DNA of 62,000 bases from Vicugna vicugna (lineage: Eukaryota), in assembly GCA_013265495.1 (NCBI GenBank), contig MU058584.1:1896616-1958615 (forward strand), read 5' to 3'. Numbering within the stretch: position 1 is the first letter of the stretch; every line of letters starts with the position of its first letter. This document shows, one piece after another, positions 1 to 12,295 of this stretch. Position numbers and translations under genes: made by a program. The notes under the pieces were generated by a model that was given only the letters and a program-made list of their open reading frames with translations, did no database searches and was not told the origin of the DNA.

Positions 1-544
1 CAGCTCCGTAAGGACAGACGTGAGGCTGGCTGAGCTTTTTCTAGCCCCACTTCCCAGCACAGTGCCTGACACAGAGCAGAACTCGGGGAACATTAAAGTG
101 AATCACTCATTCCTCCTTTCTAGCTGCTTCCTTCATGCAAAGGGACACAAGAAGCCCTCGTGGCTTGCCTTCTTGCAACACCACTCAGGAGACCTGGAAG
201 GAGGCAGATCATGCCGGGAGCTGGGCTGGCCTCTGCTTGCCATGAATTCCAACGTTTCCGGTGTTCTTGGCACTTACAGTGGCTTGGGGCCCATAGATCT
301 ACAACCGGATACTAAGCCTTAGCCACATCTTCTTAATAAACCAAGGAATTAACATTTAATGAATTCTAAACCTAAAAAGTGACCTATGGGATGAGTGACT
401 CATTCTGTCTTTTCGTACCTCCCCGTTAGCCAGCATGGGTTTGTATCAGATACAGTTTGCCAGTTTAGGGCATTAGCTAGTTAGCCAAGTTGATCGTCTG
501 CTCTAATAACCTAAGAGACACGATTTGGTTTGAAGTTTACCTAC

Positions 545-705
545 GATAGAGTGGAAAGAACCACAGATTGAGACAACGTGGGTTTGAAATTGGCTCCACC
601 TTGTTAGTTCTTTGAATCTTCTAAGCCTTTCAATCTTTCTGTGCTGTCATTTGGCAGTAAAATGGGAATAATCATGCCTACCTTACAGGGTTTTCATGAC
701 AATAA
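545..705 (+). mobile_element. MIR SINE remnant
   Basis: MIR core-like text: gggtttgaaattggctccacc...gtaaaatgggaataatcatgcctaccttacagggtt. Confidence 0.75.
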
Positions 706-1366
706 AGGGATTTGTTTATTTGTTTGTCTATTCATTCATTCATTCATATCCATTCACTCATTCATATTCTGACTCAAGAAAGAAAAGAAACGATATTTCT
801 GTGATAGTTTGAAAATTGTACAATGTAAATGTAAGGTGTTACATTATCCTCAAGTGTCTTCAAAGTGTTCCTATAAAATAATTATTGTCCACTTTTATTA
901 ATACAGCCACAAGGAAGAAAAATCCAATACTCAATAAATAACCAGCCCACTGAATTCTAATAGGGAGTAATTCCCCACGGTCACACAATTTAAAGTGAGT
1001 CACACTTTAAAAAAAAATAAATACATAAATCATTTTATCTGCTATGATCCTCTTTCAATGCTGTGAATACTTTTTAATACAGTGAAGGATCTCAAAGTTT
1101 TGGAGGTCATTTTCCATACAATGATCAATAACACTGCTTGTTTGAGGTCAGGGATAGTCCTGGTATGACCGTTTGTTAACCACTTGAATATTATCCAGGA
1201 GTAAAATGTAAGAGAGAAGCTGAAAAAAAAATTTTTTTGGAGAGGCAGATACAAATCAATTATCAAAATGGAATGTGGATGGTAAGATTCAACAGCAATA
1301 ATTTTCAACCATTGGAAAATTAATAGTATTCAACTCTACTATTGCGTGATTTACTTGAGGACTTCT

Positions 1367-1367
<1 letters not shown>

Positions 1368-1397
<30 letters not shown>
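1368..1397. repeat. (CA)15 microsatellite
   Basis: Perfect CA run read directly. Confidence 0.97.
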
Positions 1398-1400
<3 letters not shown>

Positions 1401-1489
1401 AACAGAATACAGTATAATTTAGTGAAAAGATAATGGCACATAGAGTAAGGAAAAAAATCAATCCTCCTTTTTCTGTTTATGAGTCAAGT

Positions 1490-1620
1490 GACCATAAGTG
1501 ATGTAAGTCACTTAATCTTGATGCTCAGTTTCCTGTAAATTCTGTAAAATGGAGATTGTAATACACACCTTGCCTACCAGGGTTGTTGTGAAAATCAAAT
1601 AAATTAATATATGTTTAAAA
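1490..1620 (+). mobile_element. MIR SINE remnant
   Basis: aagtcacttaatctt...ctcagtttcc...ctgtaaaatggagatt...agggttgttgtgaaaatcaaat. Confidence 0.75.
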
Positions 1621-3099
1621 ACTTGAAACTTCCACATTTCTTACATACCTAGATTGCCACCATAGCTACTTAGATAATAATATTTAGATTTATGATATTG
1701 GATTTTGGAATCACAGGCAGACAGTCTTAGAATAATATTTTTTAATCTATGTGGAAAAAAAAAGTACAATTCAGGAGATGGATAATAAGGCAACCACAAC
1801 AACCTGGATAAGAATTTCCAGAATCTTGACCCTGACCATCAGACTTCCTCCCATCCTCTCAGTGGTGACTGGCTTCGGACCCTTTAGTAGATGGCTTTTC
1901 TATTTATTCTAGTGATTAAACTGGGGTTTCAGCAAAATTAAGACTAGAAGTCATCTCAGAAATTTGAGCATTACACTCCACTTTGCACTAGTTTGTCATC
2001 CTTAAACATAGGAGTTTAGAAAGCGCTTCTGATTTTGCCTTTGTCTTAATTTCTACCAGTTAAATAATTTATTTCAGGAATCAAACCCAAATGCAATAAG
2101 CACACACACACACACGTACACGCACATACAATCACATGCATTCTTCTAAGATTATTGCTTGAAGATTCCATCGGCGTTTACCAAACACAGTCTTGGTACC
2201 TTTATGCCCTGTGTCCTCAAAGACTCCATGCACATCAGATGCAAAACCATGGGACCTAAGTTTGTCCTGTATAGTTGCAGAGAAGACATTGCAGACTCAT
2301 AACCTTATGAAAGGGTGGGAAAGAGTAGGAACAACGGATGGGCAGATTAGAACAAATCAGGGTTAGAGACCAGACTCTTGGACTAAAGAGCTCAGGGTCT
2401 CCTGGCGCCTCCCCCCATTTTGCTATGGCAGCTCTGGCAGGTTTCTTTCCTTCCTTCCACATTAAGGAGAAAGGAGGGACGGATTCTGAATTTAGGCTTG
2501 GGGACTTGGGAGTCATTGACTGCTGCAGTCACATTAATTTTTCTCTGACCCTGTGGATCTTAGGATGGCGAACAGGGACATTTGAAAGTTGCCTGCTGCG
2601 CCTGGATTCTACACCAAATGCAAAAACGAAACCCCCTCTGTTATCAAGAAGCCACTTTTCTCAGTAGCGTTTCTCTAATGATCACATATTGTTTCCCAGG
2701 AAGTGCTCCTAAATTATTTAAGAGGAACAGCCTGTCACCCGCGCATTAAGACTTGCCTGTGCATTTCCAGTTCCTAGCGTGTGCTTGTTCTCTTCCTTTT
2801 GGCTTTGGGAAGAAAATTGACAACAAAGGTGTATTTTTTGTTTGTTTGGAACGATTGCTTTTATTGTGTGTGTGTGAAAAGGAAATGATGAGGATTGCTT
2901 CCTCAGGTGAAAAAATAAATTAGAGAAAACCAGTTTCTTCTAGCCTGGGTGTGAGCTATTATTATACCATGATCAGTGATAAGCAATGGAGGAATAAAGC
3001 AAGCATTTCATAATAATTAGTTGATGCATTTTTTTTAAGTGAAACAAGACTCTGGCCTCTAATTCAGGGTAATAGCCTGCAGGTGAATAAAAAGAATTG

Positions 3100-3300
3100 C
3101 GAAAAAAGAGGAGCGGGTGACATTTCAGAGAGAGAGGACAGCGGAGGGAGAGGAGCGGAGGAATGAATCATGAGACGAGAAGATGGGGGGAAACAAGACG
3201 GAAAGGAGTGGAAGGGAGGGGGAAAGGGAGACACGGGAGGTGAGGGAGGGGGAAAGGAGAGAGGCAAACAGGGAAGAGACGGCAGGTAAAAATAAAACAG
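3100..3300 (+). repeat. Purine-rich low-complexity tract with a canonical G-quadruplex motif
   Basis: Nearly all A/G; GGGAGGGGGAAAGGGAGACACGGG at 3214-3237; 15-bp direct repeat agggagggggaaagg at 3213-3227 and 3243-3257. Confidence 0.8.
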
Positions 3301-3329
3301 AAAAAGCCCAGGTGGAATTCATGCAAACT

Positions 3330-3830
3330 GTTCTCATCAACACTGCTACTCCCTCCTGTCACAGGAACTGTCAAACAGGCTCCGCTCGTAATGAAAGGAA
3401 AAATATTTTATTCAGATTTATTAATTTGAAAATGAAGCCCGCCTGTCGAGAGGGGGACAGTTCTTCTCAATCTGTCATCGTTGAACCACACGCTCCTGAC
3501 ATCGGGATTCATTTGTCTTGTCGGCTCTGACAGTTGGATTCTCCCAGAGCTCTTCCTAGTGGATCGCCCTGGGATTTTAAACCGGATGAAACACATTCCG
3601 ACAAGGAACAGCCTCTTTATTAATGCAAATTACATGAGGAGGAGAGAAAAAAAAGAGAGAGACAGAGAGAGACGCCAGCCGCCGCTCTGGTGTTCCTATC
3701 CCTGTATCAGTCATTTGTTATTTACACTTATACACATTTTTCAGTTTTAATAAAAGGAGACCCGGATTTTCGGTGACATTTATGGACAGTTTGTTTCCCA
3801 AAAAATGATGCCATCACTATAATCGTATGC
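3330..3830. promoter_or_regulatory. Candidate conserved non-coding element / enhancer beside the CpG island
   Basis: Repeat-free with retained CpGs; CTGTCA/TGACAG at 3356, 3368, 3472, 3528; octamer ATGCAAAT at 3623-3630; several TAAT/ATTA cores. Confidence 0.55.
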
Positions 3831-3857
3831 AAAACAAAACAAGAAAAAAAGAAAAAG

Positions 3858-4195
3858 CAGCCCGGCGCCGCGCTCCCCTCTGTCGCGCGCGCCGCGTCCG
3901 CGGAGCCGGGGCCGCGCCCCCCGCCGCGCACGCGGGTCGCAGGCAGCGCCGCGCGCCCCGGGGACCGCGCTCCGAGCGCCCGCAGCCCGGCCGTGCCACC
4001 TGCGCGCTGCGCGGGGCGACCCGGCCCGTCGCTGCCCCCAGATTCTGCCCCGATGGCCCTGGGAGCGCCCCCTCTTTGTCCTCAGTGCGGAGCCCAGAGC
4101 TGAAGGCGCAGCCGAGTGCGGGGCTTCTCGGCGCCCACGGGGCACACACGTGGCACCGTGCCTGCGCGTGGAGGGACCCACCAGAACGCTTTCGC
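3858..4195. promoter_or_regulatory. Small orphan CpG island
   Basis: Very GC- and CpG-rich (cggcgccgcg, gtcgcgcgcgccgcgtccgcgg, ccgccgcgcacgcggg) in a CpG-depleted window; no coding exon attached. Confidence 0.85.
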
Positions 4196-4302
4196 TGTAA
4201 TTTCTTTTCAAATCGGAGGAAATCATCACGGATATGTAATGATGAAGGCAGCCTGGATATACTCGTCTGTATGCCAATATGGGGATGAAAGATCGCGTTT
4301 CC

Positions 4303-4420
4303 TACTTTTTTTTTTTTACTTATTTTTTTAATTGAAGTATAGTCAGTTTACAATGTTGCCTCAATTTCTGATGTACAGCATCATGTTTCAGTCATATATA
4401 TATATACATATATACATATA
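4303..4420 (-). mobile_element. Short L1 3' end with poly(A) tail
   Basis: T-run followed by ttgaagtatagtcagtttacaatgttg, like the other minus-strand L1 ends in this window. Confidence 0.75.
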
Positions 4421-5050
4421 TTCCTTTGCAGTTTTTGATGGAGGAAGGGCACCGCAAAAGCAAAAGGTCCAGGAAAGGCAAAAGGCGGCCCTGGAGTACA
4501 TGGTGTCACATGATGTGCGCTCTGGGAGGTCTTGAGACATATGTCCCGGCTTTGTTTCTGCTTGGACCAAGTCTTCCTTCCAAGCAGGCAGGCAACAGTT
4601 CCCATTCTCAGTTGGCTCCAACGTTCTGCAGAGGCAGGCAATGGTTGTCCTCTCTGGTGGCACACCAGGCAGAAAGAGCCCGGCCCGGGATTCTGGAGAG
4701 CTGGATTCTGATTCCATCTCAGTCACTGACAGAGATGTAGCCATGAACATGTCACGTGCATCCAAAGTTTGGATGCTGCCCTACCAGAGGGCAATGGGAC
4801 TGGAGGTTGCTCAGCTGCTCCCCAGCTGTACCTCTCAATGATTCTCGGATTCCTCGGTGGAAAGACTAACCCAGAGTGTAATTTCCTGATACAGTAACAG
4901 TGTTGACATCTTCCTGTGGTGCAATGGGAAAAGCATGGTCTAGACTCATGTTCCAGTGGAGAATCAACTTTCAACTTAACCTTGGGAAATTAGAGTAATT
5001 TCTCAGGTTCTCCGTTTCCTCATCTGTGAAATGTGAGAGTTATACTGTAT

Positions 5051-5240
5051 CAGTGGATCTCCAAGTGCAGTCCCAGATCAGAAGCATCAGCATCACCTGG
5101 GAGCTTGTAAAAATGCAAATTCTCTGGCCTGAACCCAGGTCTCCTAAATCAGACACGTCAAAGGAGGTGACTGGGGAGGACCTGGCAGTGTGTGTTTCAT
5201 CAAGGATGTTCTGATGTCACTGAAGTTTGAGAATCCCCGG
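5051..5240. mobile_element. MER5A-like hAT-Charlie DNA transposon
   Basis: cagtggatctccaagtg...gcatcagcatcacctgggagcttgtaaaaatgcaaattct...aagtttgagaatccccg with terminal inverted repeat-like ends. Confidence 0.85.
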
Positions 5241-8200
5241 ATTAGATGCTCCCTAAGGCCCTTTGCAGTCCCATCACTATAATTCCAAATAGGGTAAATT
5301 TGTTCCTTCATACGTATAGTATTTAAAGTCTACCCATGCTTAAAGAATGGACTGCATAGATAACCTTCGCTAATTCTGCAGGGTAGATATTTTTTTCCTC
5401 TTTAACATTTAGGATCTTTATTTAAAGAGTCTTGAGGAGAAGAAATTGGAAAATCATATTAAGCTGGACAAAGGTCACCCGGTGCTCCCATTTGTCTAAG
5501 TGTCTGTGTGTACTGTGTACAGCACAGGTTCTTTAAATCTAGGAGATCACCATCTAAACATGAAGCATTTTTATCCAGGCATGACAGCCTTAAAACAGGT
5601 AACTCCCTTCATTCTCTCTAAAATTGTCTTTCCAATTAAATGAAAGGAAAGGACGAGACAAATAATCAAAAAGGCAATGAGAATTCCAGTGATGTGTAAG
5701 GATACAATTAATGGAAGCAGGGGAAGAAATTGCCTTCTACCTGGTAAAGCAACACAGAAGACTGCACCGAGCCAACAACCACATGCAGAACAAATGCCTA
5801 GACCAGCATCAGGGTATATATGTTTGTTTAATGATGTCTCCACGGTCTACAGAATTAATATTTAATAGCACTTGTCAGCAAGACTCTATACAAGCGTTTG
5901 TGCTCCCTCTTTTTAATGCTTGTTAGTGGTGTGTCTTCCTGGGTTGTTCTTCTTTAATAGTAGAATTACTCTTCGCATTTGCAGCAATGTTTGTCTGCCT
6001 TTCTACTTGCGACTTTGCATTGTTTGGCAGGGTAGGGGAGACAGGGAGGCAGGCGACAGAATTAAAAAGCCTTTCATTTGTGTTTCTTCTCTCCTCGGGA
6101 TCGTAAGACACAAGGAGAAAGCAAAAGGTTGTTGCTAGTTTTTGTTTTAACTGGTAGTATAGGACCTACCAGGTAGGACACACTTAAAATTATTCGCTGT
6201 TTCATGACCGTGATCATAGCTATCAGCATAAGTTGAAGAATTGGGACTTGTTACATGAGGCAGATGGTCCTGTTACATGTATCATGAAGATGTAATTTGG
6301 TTCTGATTTCCTACTTGCAAAGTCATCTGACTTGATTTTAAACGAAATACTACATTACGATGTTAAAGAGCACGGTTAGCAAATTTTATCGTGTAAATCC
6401 CACGTCGAGAGTTGGAAATGCTTGAAGATGCTGGCTTTTGTAAGCAATCAGGAAATAGAAGGCACGCTGGATGAGAAGTCAGCAAGGCCGGGTCTGTAAT
6501 AGGCAAAATGGAGCAGATCATTTTAACTCTCCCTTTACCCTGCGTAACCTCACCACAGCGTATTTCCCTGCCGGATGTTACAGATGCTTGCTTGCTCACT
6601 CACCTGAGTGCTTACTGTTTGGTTCCTGGCTGGTGTCGCTTTCCCACTGGCATCTGAGCTCCATGAGGGCAAAGACCACTTTTGTGTTGTTCAGTGCATC
6701 GTGGGAGGCTCTCCCACAGTCTCCCAGGCACTGAGGACTCTGTCAAGTAGGTGGGAAACCCATATAGGTAACAGATGAGTGAGCCAATGGAATTAATATT
6801 TAATAGTTATTAAATTTATTATTTAATATTTATGTGTTTAATAGTTATTATTTAAATTTAATGCTTGAGTATTTTCATGTGCCACAGGCATAGGGAGAAA
6901 CACGAGCGCTTTGGTCCCAGGTCTGCCTGGTATGGAACTTGAACCCCTCCCATAACAAGCTGTGTGACCTTGGACAAGATCACACAGGGAACACCCTCCA
7001 CCACTGAAGGCTGCTGTACGGACTGGAGACAGAGGCTGGAAAGTGTTTATCCCTGTGCCGGGCCCATAGTAGGTTCTCAGAAAGTGTAATGATTGTTTAG
7101 TTATGGTCTCAAGTTACGCACTTAATAGTACCTGCCAGGTCTTTTACTTCACGTCTCTCAGATTCCCTGGCTCATTGAAGGACAAACAGTAGGAGCTCAA
7201 TAAAGATGCATCTGACTGCTTGATTGAGCAACTCTAGCCCTGAGCACAATAGGAAAAGTTTGTCACAGAAGCCACCCAAACCCACAGATACTTACTGAAC
7301 GATGACAGGGATCAAGGAATTGTGCTAGTCATTGTGTTAGCCAGGCGTCAGGAAAGAATTAGAAACAGAAAATTCCTTAAACTCTACGATGTGGGTGAGC
7401 ATCCTATATGTTAAGCCCATCCTTACAATCCTACTTGTTAAGCCCCCTGCAAGCTTGGCTCCAGGGAACACAGTTTCTATCATTCAAGTTCAGGCTCATA
7501 CTTAAGAATTTACCAAAACACTGGTAGTCTTAGCAACTGTCAGAAAATAAATATGTCTTCTGCCTCATTCCTATGTATAATTTGCACGTACTGATTATTT
7601 ATCTGCTCAGGACGGCCTGTGTTGTGTGTCTTTTCATCCGTCCAGCAGCACACTCTCTTTACCCTAGCCCAGACCTTTTCTATCCTTTACAGACTTAGCT
7701 GTGATCTGTTTTAAGAAAAGAAAATAAATTAGTTTCCCAGGAAATCTACATGAGCGTTTTCTCCAGAGAGAGTACCCCACTGAGAGCAACACAAGCCTTG
7801 GCCATTGTTTTGTTAAATAGTAATAATAACTTAAAACGTGATGACAGCAGCTGATGTCTAACTGCAGGGTAAGGACCAGTCTCATTAACGTTGCCTGGCA
7901 ACCTTTGGGCGACATCTCGGAGAATCTGAAGGGATCCAATGAGTCAGGAGAGGTCATGGCATCAGGATCAAGGGAATGGAAGGGTCACCGAGGAGCCACA
8001 AAACTCTCTACTGATCTCTATGAGATGAAATTGAAGAATCCGTGAATAGAAATGTGTATAAACAGAATCCAGCCCTTTTTGAGTTTAATTTCCCATTATC
8101 CTTAAAAAGGAGAGAGAGAAATCGTAGGTGCACATTTTTCTGAGTGCTTTCCTGACCTTTTTTATATTTATTTTTAACTTTAAGGGCTATAAATACTTTG

Positions 8201-8639
8201 AGAGATACTCAGAGAATTTCAAGGACTGGTCAGGAAGGAATCAAACCCTGAAGAGGTTTAGACATGACAAAGCAAAGCAAAAACAAAAACAAAAAACAAA
8301 AAACATTTCTCTGCAAAATGAATCAATCTACCTGAACACTGAAATTCAAACTTTCGAATATCAATTTGCAGGTGTCCAAGCCTAGTCAACTTACATGTGA
8401 GCAACATGAATGATACTGAAATTTATTCAATTTTCTGTGAATTGTATTGACCAGCTGTAATATACCATATATTATATTACATGTTGGAGATAGAAAGATA
8501 CAAGGATCATTATCTCTACCCTCAGAGGGTGCACAGTTCTGGGCGCAGCGAGAGTCAGATATGTATTTATATGTATCTGCAATTCCTGTTCTAAATCAAA
8601 GTATAAGGTCTACCATACACTTGGCTATGGTATTTTCAG

Positions 8640-9500
8640 TGAAGAGCCATTTATCCAAACCTGAAATTTGGACATTGTCTTTGACTCTGATCTCATTTTC
8701 AACACCCCACCCCACCCCACTCACCTAGACAATCTTAGGTCCCATTAACCGGTCGGCCCCTTGATTACGTCTCAGCATCTTCTCCTTCTGCCCATCTCTT
8801 CTGCTAACTCCTTAGACTGGTCCACACCATCTCTTGCTCTGACTCAAGGAATAACTTCTCAACCTTCTTCCTCCTACTACTACACCTTCCAACAATTGCC
8901 ATGCTTTCTGGATTCAAATCTCTGCTCTGACTTTATCAACTGTGCGACACTGGGTGATTAACATCTCTGTACCTTACTTTAGTCATTAGTAAAATGAGGA
9001 CCATAATAGCCCTTGCCTTACAGTGTTGTTTTGAAGATGGGGCTGCCCTTAGAATAATGCCTGGCACATAGTAAGCATTCAATAAAAATTAGCTATTCTT
9101 ACCATCACCCCCTTCCCTTCCTTAAAATAGTGTCCCTTGTATTTAGAATGAAATCAAACCCATTAAGGCATGTGAGGCCCCTCCTGACTTCACCCCTGCC
9201 TATATGGGCCCTCATCCCGAACCAGTAACAAACACACCTGCCCTTTGAATCTGTGCTTCAGCTACACTGGTCTTCTCACAGTGTTTCAAAAAAGAAAGCA
9301 AATTCCTGCCCCAGGGCCTTTTTACGTGCTATTCTCTTTTCCCCTGAAAACCTGCGTGACTGGCTCCTTTCATTTTTTTGGGGCCTGGGTTAGTGGCATC
9401 TCTTTGGAGAAGCCTTCCTTGGCCTCCCTATCCAAACTAGATCTCGGCCCCTGTGAGTCCCCCTCCCAGCATTTACTACGGTGGGATTTCACTCTTCCCC
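8640..9500 (+). mobile_element. L2 fragments with an internal MIR (~8910-9100)
   Basis: Pyrimidine-rich L2-like text (atccaaacctgaaatt..., cttcagctacactggtcttc..., ccagggccttt); MIR core gtaaaatgaggaccataatagc...cctggcacatagtaagc. Confidence 0.6.
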
Positions 9501-9505
9501 TAGGA

Positions 9506-9802
9506 CAGAGGTCAGCAAACTTTTCCTGTAGAGGGCCAAAGAGTAAATATTTAGGCCTTGTGGCCATACCGTCTGTGTCATGACTACTCCCTTCCACCCT
9601 TGTTGAGGGAAAGCTATTAAAAGCACTAAAATGGATAAGCATGTCTGTGTTCCAATAAAACTTTATTTCCAGACATGGAAACTTGAATTCCATCTAATTT
9701 TTGAATCGTGAAATATATTCTTTTGATTTTTTCAACCATTAAAAAGTGTGAAAACCATACTTAGCTCCCAAGCAATACAAAAGCAGGTAAATTTGGCCCT
9801 GC
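9506..9802. mobile_element. MER58B-like hAT DNA transposon
   Basis: cagaggtcagcaaacttttcctgtagagggccaaagagtaaatatttaggc...gtgttccaataaaactttattt...aaatttggccc. Confidence 0.85.
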
Positions 9803-10191
9803 ACCAGAACATAAGCTTCGTGAAGGGAGAGATACACTTGTCATGTCACTGTTACGCCCCAGCATTTGGTCCAGGGCCTGATACGTAGTGGCACGTGTTA
9901 GTGACTTTTTTAATAAATGAATAAATCTGGCTGTAAGTTGTCATGATCACAGCTAGATCTCTTAAACACCGAGTGAAATGGAAATTTGAACAGAAATAAT
10001 TAAAAATTAATTTGCATACTATGTTTATAGTTTACAAAGTACTTCCATATACATTATCTCATTTTCTTTGCAGTAAAGAGGGTAATGATGATTAAAGATG
10101 TGAGTTTAAGAAAAACTGCATGAATTCCTCAAGGTAACGCAGCTAATCAATGATGGGGGTCAGGACGCGAAACTGGCGTCGTTTTTTTCCA

Positions 10192-10552
10192 GCCAGTGGC
10201 TCTCAGGGTGTGATCTCTGGGCCAAGGGCACAGAGACTATTAGAAATGAAATGAAATGAAAATCCTCAGAGGGGAGGGCACAGCTCAGTGGTGGAATGCA
10301 TGCTTAGCATGCATGAGGTCCTGGGTTCAATCCCCAGTACCTCCATTAAAAAATAAATAAATAAACCTAATTACTCTGCCCCCCTCAAAAAAAAAAAAAA
10401 CAAAATACAAAACAAATGAACAAAAAAAATGAAAATTCTCAGGCCCCATCCAAGACATACTGAATCCAAACCCCAGGTGCGAGGCCCCCCAGCAGGCTCT
10501 GGTTTGCACAGCTCTCCAGGTGACTCTGAGGCATGCAAATGTTTGAGCACTA
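10192..10552. mobile_element. MER5A-like element split by a SINE insertion
   Basis: cagtggctctcagggtgtg...tattagaaatg [SINE] aaattctcaggccccatcc...ctccaggtgactctgaggcatgcaaatgtttgagcactag. Confidence 0.8.
10270..10426 (+). mobile_element. tRNA-derived camelid-type SINE (vic-1-like)
   Basis: A-box cagctcagtgg, B-box ggttcaatccc, A-rich tail; 16-bp TSD aaatgaaaat(c/t)ctcag at 10254-10269 and 10427-10442. Confidence 0.9.
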
Positions 10553-10562
10553 GGGATGTAGA

Positions 10563-10742
10563 CCAGCGACTCTTAACACTGGCTTCACCTTAGAATCACC
10601 TGGAGAGTTTATAAAAATCATCAACACCTGGGCCCCACCCCCAAGGAGTCTGACTCATCTCATCTGGGGCTGGGGGTGGGCGGCAGCAGTTTTAAAAGCT
10701 CCCCAGGTGATGTTGGAGCACTTGCAGAGTCAAAAGCCACCG
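10563..10742. mobile_element. Second MER5A-like element
   Basis: ttagaatcacctggagagtttataaaa...ctgggccccacccc...aagctccccaggtgat. Confidence 0.8.
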
Positions 10743-11634
10743 CGGTAAAGGCCATGCTGCTTCTCTGGGCAGGAAAGGAATGTTGCCCAAATTAGTTAGG
10801 ATCACCTGCCATAGATCCGAGCCAACATTAGGTCCTGAACTTATTCTCTTCATGGGACACCGAAAGATGGATTTCCTACTGTCTCAGAGAACTTAATAAG
10901 GTTTCACAGACACCGCAGGCCCGCAGAAAAAGACCTGCCCCAATAATCTCTCATGTTCCAATTTCTCCTCGGGCTTTTATGCCCATTGCCAGGGCCCCCA
11001 CCTCTCCTGCTTTCATCGGCTGATTGCGCAGATTCCATCAGAACTCAGGGCAGGTGCAGCTTGGAAAGAAGCGAGAACTCATCTGTTCCTGCACGTTCTC
11101 ACTCCTGATGTTTGCTAGTTTGTATGATTAATTTTATCAATTTTCCTGACCCGCTTTGCCACTGAAATAAATATGACAGCCGCGGTGCTGCCTCCATCCT
11201 TCCTCTTGCCAAGTGAGATGCTGAGATGTGTTTTCCTGTTGATCATAGACTTGGGTAAATTTCAAGTCAACAAACCAAACAGGATTCATCCTGGTCCTAC
11301 TGACAAAGCAGGTGTGGTCCCAAATACGCGTGCTTCAGTGGGATCGAAAGAGGGGAAAGCTAATTTCACTTCTTCTAGCTTTCCGAGGTACTCATTTAAG
11401 AAGACAGCATCACGGTTTCACATCTCCAAGTCGGCTTTACCCGCCCATCCTGACTTTTCCCCGTTCAGGGTAAACTACTTGACAGGTGTCAAAACCAAAA
11501 TACTTAGTCTCTGGCTACCTCTTATATTTATTCGTCTAGAAGTTTGAGGTGGTAAAGAACATGTTTTGCAGACTATAACCTGTCCCAGAAAAGCTAGCTG
11601 TTATTATTAATCATACAATCTTGCCCTAATCTAA

Positions 11635-11800
11635 AAGAAATCACTCGTACTGAGCACCTATTTGCCAGGTGCCTTCCATTCATCTTAAGGACACTGTGTT
11701 AGCCCCATTTTACAGAGAAAACTGAGGCTCAGATGGTCGAGTACCTGCCCTGTAGAGCACCTGCAAGTTCAACAGCAACCTGCAGCCCGGGTCTCTCGCC
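11635..11800 (-). mobile_element. MIR SINE remnant
   Basis: tactgagcacctatttgccagg...cccattttacagagaaaactgaggctcag. Confidence 0.75.
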
Positions 11801-12267
11801 CATCACACCACACCCACTGTGCCATGATCCCAGACACAGGCAGGGCTGCCTGATCACTCTTGTATGTGAGTCTGGCTTCCAGACCAGATTATGTCGAGAT
11901 AGAGCCTGATGTAGGCTTGTGGGAAAATGAAATAAACCTGCTTTGGTGTGGTTCAATTTGAGGAAAAACCAAACTCTACCATCGTATGACTTTGAGCAAG
12001 TTAGACTCTCTCTACAGTTCAGGTTTCTAATGGATAAAATACATAGAATAATAACTACAGATAATTAAAATTAAAATAAGTAAAAAAAAATAATAAAAAA
12101 ATTAATAGACACAAAATACACCTGGAACCATTTCTAATACACATTAGGTGCTCAAGGGCTGATTTTAAGTATGAATCTTAGATCCTTCATAAGAGAAAGA
12201 CTGAAATACTATCATTAGCTATTTCTCTGAGTTAAAATATTGTCAGGGTAATAGATCTCAATTAAAA

Positions 12268-12295
12268 TGTGTGTGTTTGTGTGTGTGTGTGTGTG
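12268..12295. repeat. Imperfect (TG)n microsatellite
   Basis: tgtgtgtgtttgtgtgtgtgtgtgtgtg. Confidence 0.9.

Noticed and set aside
989..1011. 9-bp inverted repeat TTTAAAGTG-AGTCA-CACTTTAAA overlapping an AP-1 site
   Set aside because: Short and AT-rich; plausible by chance in 62 kb
3183..3530. 115-aa ORF rich in Glu/Arg/Gly
   Set aside because: Translation of the purine-rich low-complexity tract
3728..4331. Overlapping 67-165 aa ORFs on both strands at the CpG island
   Set aside because: Arg/Ala/Gly/Pro-rich products expected from stop-poor GC-rich DNA; no recognisable domain
10270..10345. tRNA-like sequence (also at 35540 and 41375)
   Set aside because: A-rich tails, TSDs and multiple diverged copies show these are SINE heads, not tRNA genes
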